Shown here: piece after piece, positions 36,649 through 46,104 of the stretch
How positions within the stretch are numbered: the stretch's first letter is position 1
How the letters are laid out: each line of letters starts with the position of its first letter
Assembly (NCBI GenBank): GCA_030427965.1
Contig: JAUICD010000001.1
Coordinates: 18,625 to 82,624 of the forward strand
From: Bdellovibrionia bacterium
GTDB lineage: Bacteria > Bdellovibrionota > Bdellovibrionia > Bdellovibrionales > JAUICD01
Length of the DNA stretch: 64,000 nucleotides
Reading direction: 5' to 3'
Position numbers and translations under genes: made by a program
The notes under the pieces: generated by a model
Seen by the model: the letters and a program-made list of their open reading frames with translations, nothing else
Database searches by the model: none
What the model was told of the DNA's origin: nothing

Positions 36649-37020
36649 ATGCAGATACCTGAAAGTTTAATACAAGAATGTAGATCGAAACTTTTGACCC
36701 AGAAAGTCGACATCCTTAATAGAGTTCAAGATTCACGAAAGAATTTTGTTTCCTCTGAAGAAAAAAGAGGTGGAGACGAGGCCGACCAAACAATGGCTAT
36801 TCTTCAAGAGAAGGAAGCGTTGACGCTTCATGAGCGATTGCGCAGCCAATTGGTTGAAATTGAAAGCGCTTTAGCAAGAATTGAAAGCGGCACTTATGGT
36901 ACTTGTGAAGAAACAGAGGAAACAATTGAATCTGAAAGACTTCGCGCGATCCCTTGGACAAGATTGAGTATTGAGGGTGCAGAAATTCGTGAAGCAATGA
37001 GCAAGCGTTACGCCAGATAA
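36649..37020 (+). CDS. DksA/TraR-family protein with degenerate (Cys-depleted) zinc finger
   Basis: GGAGG lies 5 nt upstream of ATG 36649. The coiled-coil tip 'GDEADQT' has the DxxDxx pattern. In the C-terminal 'GTYGTCEETEETIESERLRAIPWTRLSIEG', only 1 of the 4 canonical Cys residues remains. Confidence 0.6.
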   Translation: MQIPESLIQECRSKLLTQKVDILNRVQDSRKNFVSSEEKRGGDEADQTMAILQEKEALTLHERLRSQLVEIESALARIESGTYGTCEETEETIESERLRAIPWTRLSIEGAEIREAMSKRYAR

Positions 37021-37026
37021 ATATCT

Positions 37027-37464
37027 TTAGAGCCCAAGTTCTTTATCACAGAGAGCTTGGGTAGTGAGATCCATCTCAATCTTGTGGGCTGGTACATGTG
37101 GGCCTCTTCCAACGCCGGGGCAAAAGGTTTTAACGTCTTTTTTCCATGACTTGGCGTTCATGTTCTCAGGCCAAAAGGGCCAAGTGCGACATTGTGTTGG
37201 GCGTGCAGAATATACCGAACATTTATTTTCTTTTAAAAACATGCATTCATCTTGTTCGGCTCTTTCCTTTAAATGGTGGATACCGTCGGATTGGTCACAG
37301 TACTTTTTTAGGAAATCGATTTCATCCATATCCAAGTGCTTGGCCAAGGCTTTCTTGTCACCTTTAGACAAATAGACAAACCCATATTCACCGCGACTTA
37401 AGCAACAGTTTCCAGATCCTTGACACTGAAAACGAAGTCCCTTTTGCCACCACTTTTGGCTCAT
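37027..37464 (-). CDS. YkgJ-family (UPF0153) cysteine-cluster protein
   Basis: 'FQCQGSGNCC' N-terminal Cys cluster plus 'CMFL..NKCSVY..RPTQCRTWPFWP'. The start ATG at 37464 overlaps the upstream stop (ATGA). Confidence 0.6.
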   Translation of the reverse strand: MSQKWWQKGLRFQCQGSGNCCLSRGEYGFVYLSKGDKKALAKHLDMDEIDFLKKYCDQSDGIHHLKERAEQDECMFLKENKCSVYSARPTQCRTWPFWPENMNAKSWKKDVKTFCPGVGRGPHVPAHKIEMDLTTQALCDKELGL

Positions 37465-38429
37465 TTGTGGTCTCCTTCTTTTATTGAAAGCCACCCCTTT
37501 GATACGGAAGACCACCCACAGAGCTTGTACAACACTCTCATGCCCACATTTCCATTCCATTCACGGTCATTCTCTGCTGGGGAAACTTCTACCAAATCAA
37601 ATCCCATAATTTCTCGTCCACTTTTCACAGTCTCTTTGATTAAAGTGTTCATTTGATCAAAGCTCAGTCCACCGGGAACTGGAGTTCCCGTTCCTGGGCA
37701 GAGTGCGGGGTCTAGTCCATCAATGTCAAAACTGATATAGATTTTTTGAGGAAGAGTTTTGATGATCTTTTGGCAGATAGTTTTCCAATTTTGTCCAGAG
37801 TGCTCTAAGTCTTTCAACTTTGAATTTGTAAAATAAAAAATCCGCGAATCTTCGTTTGCTAAATTCATCTCTTCTTCGCAAAAATCTCGAACTGCCACGG
37901 AAGTAATAGATTTGGGAGGTGTTTTGAGTTGAAGGGTATTGTACATGATTGATGCGTGGGAGTGTGTGTGCCCTAGGTAAGCTTTGCGAAGATCAAAGTG
38001 AGCATCGATATGAAGTATACCAAGCTCTCCGCCTGTGTTTTCTGAAAGATGTTGAATTAATGAAAAGGGAACAGAGTGGTCTCCGCCAATCACTCCGAGT
38101 ATGCGCGTACCATTGTCGAGAGAGCGAATGAGTTTAAGAGAGAGTTGATTGATTTTTTCGCTAAAGGAATTGATTTCTGACTTTGAGAGTCGTGCTTCGG
38201 TATTAAATATTTCAAACTCTGGATCAATGGGGGCAAGGTGTATCCCTAGAGACGTGGCATCGCCAAACTCTCCATCAAAAACGTCGATTTGTTCACTTGC
38301 TCGTTGAATCGCAATTGGACCTTTGTTTGTGCCTGAGTGATAGGACGTTGTCGCGTCCCATGGAATTGGAAGTAGTGCAATTTGAGCTTCACTTAAAGGG
38401 GTGGACTTTCCAAATATCTCAAGAGCCAT
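37461..38429 (-). CDS. Ureohydrolase (arginase/agmatinase/formiminoglutamase family), paralog 1
   Basis: Mn ligand motifs 'GGDHSV', 'HIDAHFDLR' and 'SFDIDGLDPALCPGTGTPVPGG'. Confidence 0.8.
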   Translation of the reverse strand: MALEIFGKSTPLSEAQIALLPIPWDATTSYHSGTNKGPIAIQRASEQIDVFDGEFGDATSLGIHLAPIDPEFEIFNTEARLSKSEINSFSEKINQLSLKLIRSLDNGTRILGVIGGDHSVPFSLIQHLSENTGGELGILHIDAHFDLRKAYLGHTHSHASIMYNTLQLKTPPKSITSVAVRDFCEEEMNLANEDSRIFYFTNSKLKDLEHSGQNWKTICQKIIKTLPQKIYISFDIDGLDPALCPGTGTPVPGGLSFDQMNTLIKETVKSGREIMGFDLVEVSPAENDREWNGNVGMRVLYKLCGWSSVSKGWLSIKEGDHK

Positions 38430-39042
38430 GTTTTATGTACCAATATACTAAAATAAGTAGTCCAAAAAGGAGAGTGATGCGAATGGTGACTTTTTCAAAG
38501 TGTTTGTCTACATAGTCTTTAATTTTTTCACCAAAAACAAAGAACAATCCAGCAAGAAGAAAGTAACGGATGCTACGCCCTGCAATCGAGCCTAAAACAA
38601 AAGGTAAAATGGGTGCCCCTAAAGTTCCGGCAAAAACAGTGAATGCTTTAAACGGAATTGGTGTGAGAGCTGCAGAAAACATGACAAAAAAAGTGGCATC
38701 ATCAAATTTGAGTTTAACCAGATCAAATTGTGCTTGGGTAAAGAGGTATTCAAAAAAATACTCTTTTACGGAATCCCAGAAAACCATTCCAATATAGTAT
38801 CCAAATAGAGCGCCCAATACGGAAAAAAACATCGTCCAAAATGCATACAAAAAAGCTCGTTTGGGGCGACTTGTCCCCATTGCAATGAGTAGAACATCAG
38901 GGGGAACTAAGAAAAAGCTCGATTCTGTAAATGAAACCACGCAAAGTGCAGGGACGGCCCATTTGTGTTCAGCCCACCCCAATACCCAATCATACAACTT
39001 TCGAATTGAATCCATGATTCTTTTGTACATCATGCTCTCCAA
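38419..39042 (-). CDS. YqaA/DedA-family membrane protein
   Basis: 'ESSFFLVPPDVLLI' and multiple TM segments. It overlaps the downstream ureohydrolase by 11 nt. Confidence 0.65.
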   Translation of the reverse strand: MESMMYKRIMDSIRKLYDWVLGWAEHKWAVPALCVVSFTESSFFLVPPDVLLIAMGTSRPKRAFLYAFWTMFFSVLGALFGYYIGMVFWDSVKEYFFEYLFTQAQFDLVKLKFDDATFFVMFSAALTPIPFKAFTVFAGTLGAPILPFVLGSIAGRSIRYFLLAGLFFVFGEKIKDYVDKHFEKVTIRITLLFGLLILVYWYIKHGS

Positions 39043-39172
39043 GATATGGGGCTGCTGGAACCCTTTGGTTTGAAAGTGGTGTCACCCGTCCCAAGTGTTT
39101 CAAAAAATTTTATTTATGGTACCAGCAATATTTCTCATGTGTTATTCCTTTGCATGAAATCTCGGATATTTA

Positions 39173-40522
39173 ATGAAAAAACTAATTAAAGAAATAGGTT
39201 CTGACGCTTCTAAGGCTTTTGGAGGATGGACAGACAAAGATTTGATGAGGGCTCGGCTTGTTTTATGGTCGGGTGCTATTATTATTGGTCTTGTCTCGGC
39301 TGGATTTGCTGTAGCTTGCCACTGGGCATCGACTGTCAACTCTGGCCTTTTTCAAAAACACCCCCTTCTTCCATTTTTGATTTTACCATTGGGACTTGTT
39401 GCACTGAGGATTGTAACAAAAGTGATCTCTCCTGCAGCTCCTGGTAGCGGAATTCCTCAAGCCATGGCGGCTGCAAGGTTGACATCTTCAGAGGCAAAAA
39501 CGAAGTTGCTTTCATTGAAAATTGCAATTTCAAAATTTGTCCTTACGTTTTTAGGACACCTTATGGGTGCGTCTATTGGCCGCGAGGGGCCAACAGTACA
39601 GATTGGATCTTCGATTCTTTTTCATATGGGAAAATATGCAAAATTTGAAAAAGCAGATATTGAAAGAGGATTGATTGTGGCGGGTGGTGCGGCTGGTATT
39701 TCAGCAGCTTTTAATACTCCACTTGCAGGGATTGTCTTTGCAATCGAAGAACTGAGTCGAAAGTTTGAAGAAAGAATGAGTCACTTGACGTTGATTACTG
39801 TCGTTATTGCGGCTCTCGTATCAATGGCGATTGTAGGAAATAACTTCTACTTTGGTTCTGCAGGGATTACAGTTCCATGGGATGTGGCGACTCGCGCTGG
39901 AGTTATAATTGGAATTGTATGTGGTATTTCAGGAGGCTTGTTCAGCCGTATTCTGATTGCAATAAGAAGTGTGATGGCTCAATACAACTATATGAATACA
40001 ATTTGGGTGACTCTTCTTTGTGGATTTGTGATTGCAAGTTTGGGATACATGTCTGAAGGCTTTGTATACGGAACGGGTTATACTCAGACTTTTGGGATGT
40101 TGGCTGGAGAAACTGCCAATGTTCCATTTTACTTTCCAATTTATAAAATTATCGCAACAATGGCTTCATATTTAAGTGGAATACCTGGAGGAATTTTTGC
40201 TCCATCCCTGTCTGCTGGTGGAAGTATAGGTCTTGTGCTAGCAGATTTCACAAATATTATTGGTCCAGCTGCAGTGACGCTCGGAATGGCGGCTTACCTA
40301 AGCGGTATAGTTCAGTCCCCCATAACGTCTTTTGTAATTGTAGCGGAAATGGTGGATGACCAAAGCATGATCGTTCCACTTATGGTAGCTTCACTTGTTG
40401 CGATGTTGGCATCCAAAGTTGTGTGCCCACAGCCTCTCTATAGAACTCTCTCCCTCATTTACGTGAATCGTTATGAGGAAGAGGAGAAGAGTAGAGAGTC
40501 TACTTCTTTAAAACAAACTTAA
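39173..40522 (+). CDS. Voltage-gated chloride channel (ClC) family protein
   Basis: 'GSGIPQ', 'GREGPTVQIG' and 'GIFAPSL' are selectivity-filter motifs. Confidence 0.9.
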   Translation: MKKLIKEIGSDASKAFGGWTDKDLMRARLVLWSGAIIIGLVSAGFAVACHWASTVNSGLFQKHPLLPFLILPLGLVALRIVTKVISPAAPGSGIPQAMAAARLTSSEAKTKLLSLKIAISKFVLTFLGHLMGASIGREGPTVQIGSSILFHMGKYAKFEKADIERGLIVAGGAAGISAAFNTPLAGIVFAIEELSRKFEERMSHLTLITVVIAALVSMAIVGNNFYFGSAGITVPWDVATRAGVIIGIVCGISGGLFSRILIAIRSVMAQYNYMNTIWVTLLCGFVIASLGYMSEGFVYGTGYTQTFGMLAGETANVPFYFPIYKIIATMASYLSGIPGGIFAPSLSAGGSIGLVLADFTNIIGPAAVTLGMAAYLSGIVQSPITSFVIVAEMVDDQSMIVPLMVASLVAMLASKVVCPQPLYRTLSLIYVNRYEEEEKSRESTSLKQT

Positions 40523-43340
40523 CTTCTTCTGTTTCAGTGTCTCTTTCGCTTTCTGCACCTTCTACCCAAAATTGAATGGTATAGTCTTTCTTTTGATGAA
40601 ACTTATTAAGTAAATCCTCAGGGAGTCGAATTCCGTATTTAAATTTAGTAATTCCATCTCGCCCCTTTATTATCAAGGCTGTCAATTGATTGGCTAAAGT
40701 AAATGCGACAGCTTTGTCGGCAAAAATTCGCTTGAAGCGATAAAATATTCCTTTAACAAGTGCTGTTGTTGGTAGAGCACTGTGTGTATCAAAAAGAAGA
40801 TAAGTGGACCCATCGTGCTTATACACTGTCGAATTTCGAATTCGTCTTTCTGTATTATTATAAAAAGCAACATCAAAATCATCTTCAGAGCGTGGATCAA
40901 GGTCAATCAAACTTCCGTTGGTCACTTGTGTAAATCCAACCATGTCTTCGCCTTCAAGCTCCAGATTGTATCGAACCCATTCTTCTTTGAGAGCCCTTTG
41001 CAGATTGTTGTCATCAATGCCGAGTTTGATCATGGTGTAAAGAATTGGAGCTGTACGATATTTGTTGAATTTTACAAATCGATTGAATTCGATAGATCTT
41101 TTTCTAGCGTCCATTGGCTTGATTCGATTGAAAAACTGCAAGTACTCGATGGCCTCATCAGCTATTTTTGAACAGAAAAATGTTCGAGTGGGTTCTTTTA
41201 TGGTGCCTCTGTTGTCAAAGAGCCCATCTCCGTCAAAAATGACAGAGTCAACAGAGCATTTTTTGCGTTTCATTTTCTTTTTCCAAGCTTCAACTTTTGA
41301 AAGAGATGTCCATCCACTTCCTTGTTGACCAAACAGCTTTTCAAGAACTTGAGCTAAGTCTTTTTGGTTTTTTTGAAATATTCTAGTTGTGATCTCTTCA
41401 TTCAATTGAATGTTTAAGTGAAGGTACTGCCATGATCTTCCGTCGGGAAGCTTTCTCCCCAGTTTTTCAAGTATTTCACGCCGAATGTCATTTGGAAGAA
41501 GTTGTCCTCGTCCAAGTGCGAGATTGAGATAGGAGCCATAGTAAGCATACTCATTGGAGCGAGAAACATCATCTGAAAAAGTTGAACGAAATTGCAACAC
41601 AACGCTTTCTACTTTTTCACTTTTATCTGTTTTAATAGTGCTTCGAAAGCTATTAGAAGAAACCTCTTTGTCCCTATAAAACAAACGACTTTGAAAGCGT
41701 CGGTTTCTTTCCGCTAGTCCGACAACAGATTCTCCAATGGGCTTGAGTGAACCATCAATATCAGTGATGAACTTTACGTTTTGAGGATCATACTCGAGTC
41801 GAAGTTCCTGTTGATTATTAGATTTGATATCCCAACTATAGGCGCCAACATCTAAATCAAATCGATAGCGCGTGTTATTTTTTGGTCCACCAATTGGGGT
41901 TCTTTGTCTTGGAGAAAGGGTAACAATTTTTCCACTGTTCCAGGCTTTTGTGAAGTTGCTTTCAATTTCATTTCCCTCCTCATCAAAAGCTCTCCAATTT
42001 GGAAGGACACCTTTGAAAACATCATCAAATGCACGTCGAGCCGTCATATCTGTGAGATCAAATTCGTATGTGGATTCACGTGTGATTTTTTTTCCATTTT
42101 CTCCAAAGCGTTGAACTTCAATCCAAAGTGGACGGAAACCAACTGAAAATGGGCCAATTCCAATGCTTAAATCTACACCCCCACCGTAAATACTTCCGAT
42201 TGTTACAACCTCTTGGTATTTAACAAGAACTTTTCCATTTTCTTTCTTTTGGACAGATTTGTGGACAACAGTTCTCATGTTTTTGATAGCGGCTTTGATT
42301 TTTAAACTATGAGCTCCAGCTGTGACGTTTGGTCCAAATGTGCGGTAGTAAATAACACTGAGTATATCACCGGGGGCCATGACTGAATCATCGGCGATAT
42401 TGTCTGTTTGGATTGCCATTTTGGCTGCTTCACCATCATTTGAAATTCTTGGATTGTAGATTTTGTCGGAATTGGTATTGATAAAATTGGTTGTTTGACT
42501 GAACGCTGACATTGAATCTTCAGAGAATGTCTTACTTGTGTCACCATCCATAAAGTGTTTGAGCACATATTTGTTTAGTGCGTTTGAAAACCCTTTTGCT
42601 GCGACTGCTGTTTTTTCACCAATCCAATCTAGCATTCTTTGCCATCGACCTGATTTGGACTTCATTTCTTTTTGGTCACTTATAGTAAAGAAAGGAGCAA
42701 TTTCGGATGAGGGATCTGGACTATTTGTTTTTAACCTGATTTGCGAAGGGAATGCCTGCTGCTTCACAAGTTTAAGTGCGATTCCACCTTCGCCTCCTGA
42801 CACACGAAATGAGACATCTCCTGTATCGACATAGGCTTCGGGTTTGAGTTTTAAGTTTAATCCACTGATGACTGTAAATTGAGATGAGAAGTTTTCACTT
42901 TGATTTCCATCCTCATCAACTGTTCCTATGTTATTGAGAAGGACCTGTCTTGTGGGGTTGAATTCAATTGGTGCTTTGACCTGCAAGCCATCATCGCGTC
43001 CGTCAAATCCAAACTCTTTATTGAGGATTTCAATATCCACTGTCCAGTCGCCAATAGCATCAAATATGGCATCGGCAACTTCATCTTGTTCTCGGAATAT
43101 AATGTCGTTTATAAAAGTGCCGAGTTGACTAAAGCGTCCGTGTGAGGATTTGGTATCACCGAGTTTTTGACCCTCCTCCCGAATTTTTTTGATCTCATCT
43201 GGTGAAATCGCACTGGATGTTCCACATGGCATATCATCTATTATTGAATTGAAAACTTCATAGTTTTCACAAGGATCATTTGCAAATGTACTGATTGAAA
43301 GAAAGAACAACCCCGCCATTATCCATGCGAACCGCGCCAT
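40500..43340 (-). CDS. Large secreted hypothetical protein (946 aa), no recognised domain
   Basis: Signal peptide 'MARFAWIMAGLFFLSISTFA/ND'. The ORF is uninterrupted with normal composition. No catalytic motif (HExxH, GDSGG, GxSxG) was spotted. Confidence 0.6.
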   Translation of the reverse strand: MARFAWIMAGLFFLSISTFANDPCENYEVFNSIIDDMPCGTSSAISPDEIKKIREEGQKLGDTKSSHGRFSQLGTFINDIIFREQDEVADAIFDAIGDWTVDIEILNKEFGFDGRDDGLQVKAPIEFNPTRQVLLNNIGTVDEDGNQSENFSSQFTVISGLNLKLKPEAYVDTGDVSFRVSGGEGGIALKLVKQQAFPSQIRLKTNSPDPSSEIAPFFTISDQKEMKSKSGRWQRMLDWIGEKTAVAAKGFSNALNKYVLKHFMDGDTSKTFSEDSMSAFSQTTNFINTNSDKIYNPRISNDGEAAKMAIQTDNIADDSVMAPGDILSVIYYRTFGPNVTAGAHSLKIKAAIKNMRTVVHKSVQKKENGKVLVKYQEVVTIGSIYGGGVDLSIGIGPFSVGFRPLWIEVQRFGENGKKITRESTYEFDLTDMTARRAFDDVFKGVLPNWRAFDEEGNEIESNFTKAWNSGKIVTLSPRQRTPIGGPKNNTRYRFDLDVGAYSWDIKSNNQQELRLEYDPQNVKFITDIDGSLKPIGESVVGLAERNRRFQSRLFYRDKEVSSNSFRSTIKTDKSEKVESVVLQFRSTFSDDVSRSNEYAYYGSYLNLALGRGQLLPNDIRREILEKLGRKLPDGRSWQYLHLNIQLNEEITTRIFQKNQKDLAQVLEKLFGQQGSGWTSLSKVEAWKKKMKRKKCSVDSVIFDGDGLFDNRGTIKEPTRTFFCSKIADEAIEYLQFFNRIKPMDARKRSIEFNRFVKFNKYRTAPILYTMIKLGIDDNNLQRALKEEWVRYNLELEGEDMVGFTQVTNGSLIDLDPRSEDDFDVAFYNNTERRIRNSTVYKHDGSTYLLFDTHSALPTTALVKGIFYRFKRIFADKAVAFTLANQLTALIIKGRDGITKFKYGIRLPEDLLNKFHQKKDYTIQFWVEGAESERDTETEEVKFVLKK

Positions 43341-43528
43341 TTAGCCTCCTTAAATTAAACCCCTGGGTGGCATAAATGCAATTAGCAGACCACGTAAATT
43401 CAACTATTTACACCTCATAAGGTATGTAGTTTCTTTCACCGTATGTATTTTCTATCACGATGCTATTTAGGGAACTTAGGTGTGTAGGAGAATTTCATCT
43501 GGTTTGGATCTTCTATCCTGACGAGTTT

Positions 43529-43537
43529 GGGGGGGGG
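43529..43537. repeat. Homopolymeric G9 tract in divergent promoter region
   Basis: Nine consecutive G residues, read directly. It is the longest G/C run I saw in the window. It lies 90 nt upstream of the 43627 start and 189 nt upstream of the 43340 start. Confidence 0.9.
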
Positions 43538-43626
43538 CAATTTTGATGATCTAGAGGTGTGAGTCTTATTGACTAAGGTGGATATTATAACTCTAATTTG
43601 TTTTTGAAACAATTGTCGGGGGTTTT

Positions 43627-44082
43627 ATGAGAGCAGTGTTGGTCTTGGGGGTTTTGTTGTTTGGGAGCTTAGCTTTGGCAAGTGATTGTTACAAGCTAGA
43701 AGGTGTGTATAAAAATCATGAATCGGGAATGATGATTCGAATAAAAAATCGTCCTAACAATTCCATAGAAATTATACGTGGAAAAAATTTAAAAACAGGT
43801 TCAAAGACAATTGTCTTTGTGGATGGTGTGATGCGTGAAGCAACTTTTGATCACAACCACCATCTGGATGCTTCAATTGGTTCTTGTGGAAATCTTAAAA
43901 TTTATGAAAGTAAAGTTGAAATTTCGTATTCCGTAGAAAATGACAAAGTTTCGTTTGGTACATGGAACAATACGTATCGTTTGCTTGGAGGAAACAACCT
44001 ACATTTGAGTGAGAATTACGGCAATCAACAGGGAGAGGGGCCAACGTATCGTGAAACCTACTTTAAGCGGATCCATCAGTAG
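43627..44082 (+). CDS. Small secreted hypothetical protein
   Basis: Signal peptide 'MRAVLVLGVLLFGSLALA/SD'. 151 aa. Confidence 0.5.
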   Translation: MRAVLVLGVLLFGSLALASDCYKLEGVYKNHESGMMIRIKNRPNNSIEIIRGKNLKTGSKTIVFVDGVMREATFDHNHHLDASIGSCGNLKIYESKVEISYSVENDKVSFGTWNNTYRLLGGNNLHLSENYGNQQGEGPTYRETYFKRIHQ

Positions 44083-44132
44083 TAGAATTGGAAAATTCTT
44101 GGGATAGAGTTTGATAACTTAATGTATGGGCT

Positions 44133-45278
44133 TTAAAGTCTTGCTTTCCAGAAGTGGAGAACTTGAGGAGGGAGAAGATGCTCAAGCTCTGCAAGTCTTA
44201 AAGCCAATGGGAAGCTGGGTTGGCTGATGAGAGCTTGCTGACGTCTTCGGCCTTTTCGAATAAATGTTTCCATGTCCAAAAGTTTTGGAGCCATTTCCCA
44301 TGCTCCACAGATTTCGTTCATTTCGGCAGCAAAAACCCCAACTTCGTCTTTTAAGAACAGCTTGATCTCTTCATTGTTGGAATAATGCCCGGTAGGAACA
44401 TTTTTTGTTGGGTCCAAATGCCCTTTTGCAATAGCAAAAGCAGTTGCAAGGATAGCAAAAAGTTCAATCGGAGATTGTCGATCTACGACAAAGTCGTGAA
44501 TTCTTCCTAAATAGAGTAGAAAGAGATCTCGTTTTTCTTGATCCCCAAGTACATCGTTTAATGAATTCCAAGTCGAATTCAAAACTCGAATATCATGAGC
44601 TTCGACAAGAACGCGTCCTGGATCGGGTAGTCTTAAAATTTTGAGCATCTCTTCGCGCTTTCTCGGTAAAACAGATCTTGGTAATTCATCCGCGCATGAG
44701 ATCAAAGCTTTTCTGAGTTTGGGTTCGATAGTGAAATTCAGTTTATTTGAAAGTCTAAGAGCACGTAAAATTCGAATCGGATCTTCTTTTAGTCGAGTTT
44801 CTGGATCTCCAATCATTCTTAGTGTGCGTCCCTCAATATCTGACATGCCATTTACGTAGTCGAGAATTTCGTCTTTGATTGGGTCGTAAAAAATTCCGTT
44901 GATTGTGAAATCACGTCGTCTTGCATCTTCTTCTGGTGTTCCAAAAATATTGTCAGCACTTGGCATAGACTCATCTTCGATTTCTTCGGGGCTTGCATCT
45001 CTGCGGAAGGTTGCAACTTCAAATTGCTCAAGGCCACGTTTGACCAGCACTAGGCGAAATCTTCTTCCTATAACATAAGCACGCGATATTAGTGACTTGA
45101 CCTTGTTGGGCTGCGCGGCTGTTGCAATGTCATAGTCTTTGGGGTGAAAACCAGCCAAGAGATCTCGTACACAACCGCCAACAAGATAGGACTCAAATCC
45201 AGCTTCTTGAAGCCTGCGAACAATATCAACGGCTCGGTTGTCTAACCATTGTTTATCTAAGATAGGTTTAGTAGACAT
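44133..45278 (-). CDS. pcnB: Poly(A) polymerase I (tRNA nucleotidyltransferase superfamily)
   Basis: 'YLVGGCVRDLLAG..PKDYDIAT', 'VIGRRFRLVLV', 'FEVATFRRD' and 'RRDFTINGIFYD'. ATG 45278 avoids a divergent overlap with the 45319 gene; the ORF track starts at 45341. Confidence 0.8.
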   Translation of the reverse strand: MSTKPILDKQWLDNRAVDIVRRLQEAGFESYLVGGCVRDLLAGFHPKDYDIATAAQPNKVKSLISRAYVIGRRFRLVLVKRGLEQFEVATFRRDASPEEIEDESMPSADNIFGTPEEDARRRDFTINGIFYDPIKDEILDYVNGMSDIEGRTLRMIGDPETRLKEDPIRILRALRLSNKLNFTIEPKLRKALISCADELPRSVLPRKREEMLKILRLPDPGRVLVEAHDIRVLNSTWNSLNDVLGDQEKRDLFLLYLGRIHDFVVDRQSPIELFAILATAFAIAKGHLDPTKNVPTGHYSNNEEIKLFLKDEVGVFAAEMNEICGAWEMAPKLLDMETFIRKGRRRQQALISQPSFPLALRLAELEHLLPPQVLHFWKARL

Positions 45279-45318
45279 TTGGGTGGGATAATCGCGCGCT
45301 AGAGTAGAGAGGTCAACA

Positions 45319-46104
45319 GTGGCGTTACTTGAAAAGCTCAATCATCAGTTATTGGGAATAAAGGGTGGAAGAAAGCTTGTGTTTCTGCATGGGCTTCTGG
45401 GCTCTGCGGCCAATTGGCGTAGAATTACTCCTAGTTTTGAAAAGGATTTTGAAATCTTGGTTTTTGATCAAAGAGGCCATGGCCGATCGTTTCAACCAGA
45501 ATCAGGTTATGCGCCTGAGGATTATGCGGGAGACCTTTTCCAGGTTTTAGAGGAATTGGGCTGGGAAAAGATTTCACTGGTGGGGCACTCCATGGGCGGT
45601 CGAAATGCTTTACACTTTGCGTATCAATATCCAGATCGGATTGAGAAACTTGTTATTGAAGATATAGGGCCTGATGGAAATCGGGGCTCTTCTTTAAAAA
45701 TTGAAAAAATGTTGAAGAGCGTGCCTGTGCCATTTTCAAAAAAATCCGACGCAAGGGATTACTTCAATAACTCTTTTGAAGACATTTCTTTGGGACAGTA
45801 TCTCTATTCCAATATTGTGCAAAAAAGTGAAGATGAGTATTCATGGAGGTTTTCTTTAAATGGGGTTCTTGAGAGTTTAGAGAAGGGACGAGCTCGGGAA
45901 AGGTGGGAAGAGTTGCGAGCTCTTAAAATGGAGACTCTTGTGGTGAGAGGAGAGAACTCCCAAGATCTTTCTCGAGAAACATTTGAGGAAATGCTTCGGT
46001 CCAATACAAATATTCAAGGTGAAACAATTGTTGGCGCTGGGCATTGGGTTCACTTTGATAAACCTGATGAGTTTATAGATTTACTCACCAAATTTTTAAT
46101 ATGA
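45319..46104 (+). CDS. Alpha/beta-fold hydrolase
   Basis: 'LVFLHGLLGS', nucleophile elbow 'VGHSMGG', and C-terminal 'GAGHWVHFD'. Confidence 0.8.
   Translation: MALLEKLNHQLLGIKGGRKLVFLHGLLGSAANWRRITPSFEKDFEILVFDQRGHGRSFQPESGYAPEDYAGDLFQVLEELGWEKISLVGHSMGGRNALHFAYQYPDRIEKLVIEDIGPDGNRGSSLKIEKMLKSVPVPFSKKSDARDYFNNSFEDISLGQYLYSNIVQKSEDEYSWRFSLNGVLESLEKGRARERWEELRALKMETLVVRGENSQDLSRETFEEMLRSNTNIQGETIVGAGHWVHFDKPDEFIDLLTKFLI

Noticed and set aside
45277-45286. The 10-mer ATTTGGGTGG, the outer part of the REP-like unit, recurs at 45277 and at 52201. These could be solo REP remnants.
   Set aside because: Both copies lie inside coding regions. On the coding strand each spells ACC-CAA-AT (Thr-Gln). 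Each lacks the GGGTG-N5-CACCC hairpin and the CCCCGTT end, so a coincidental match is more likely.
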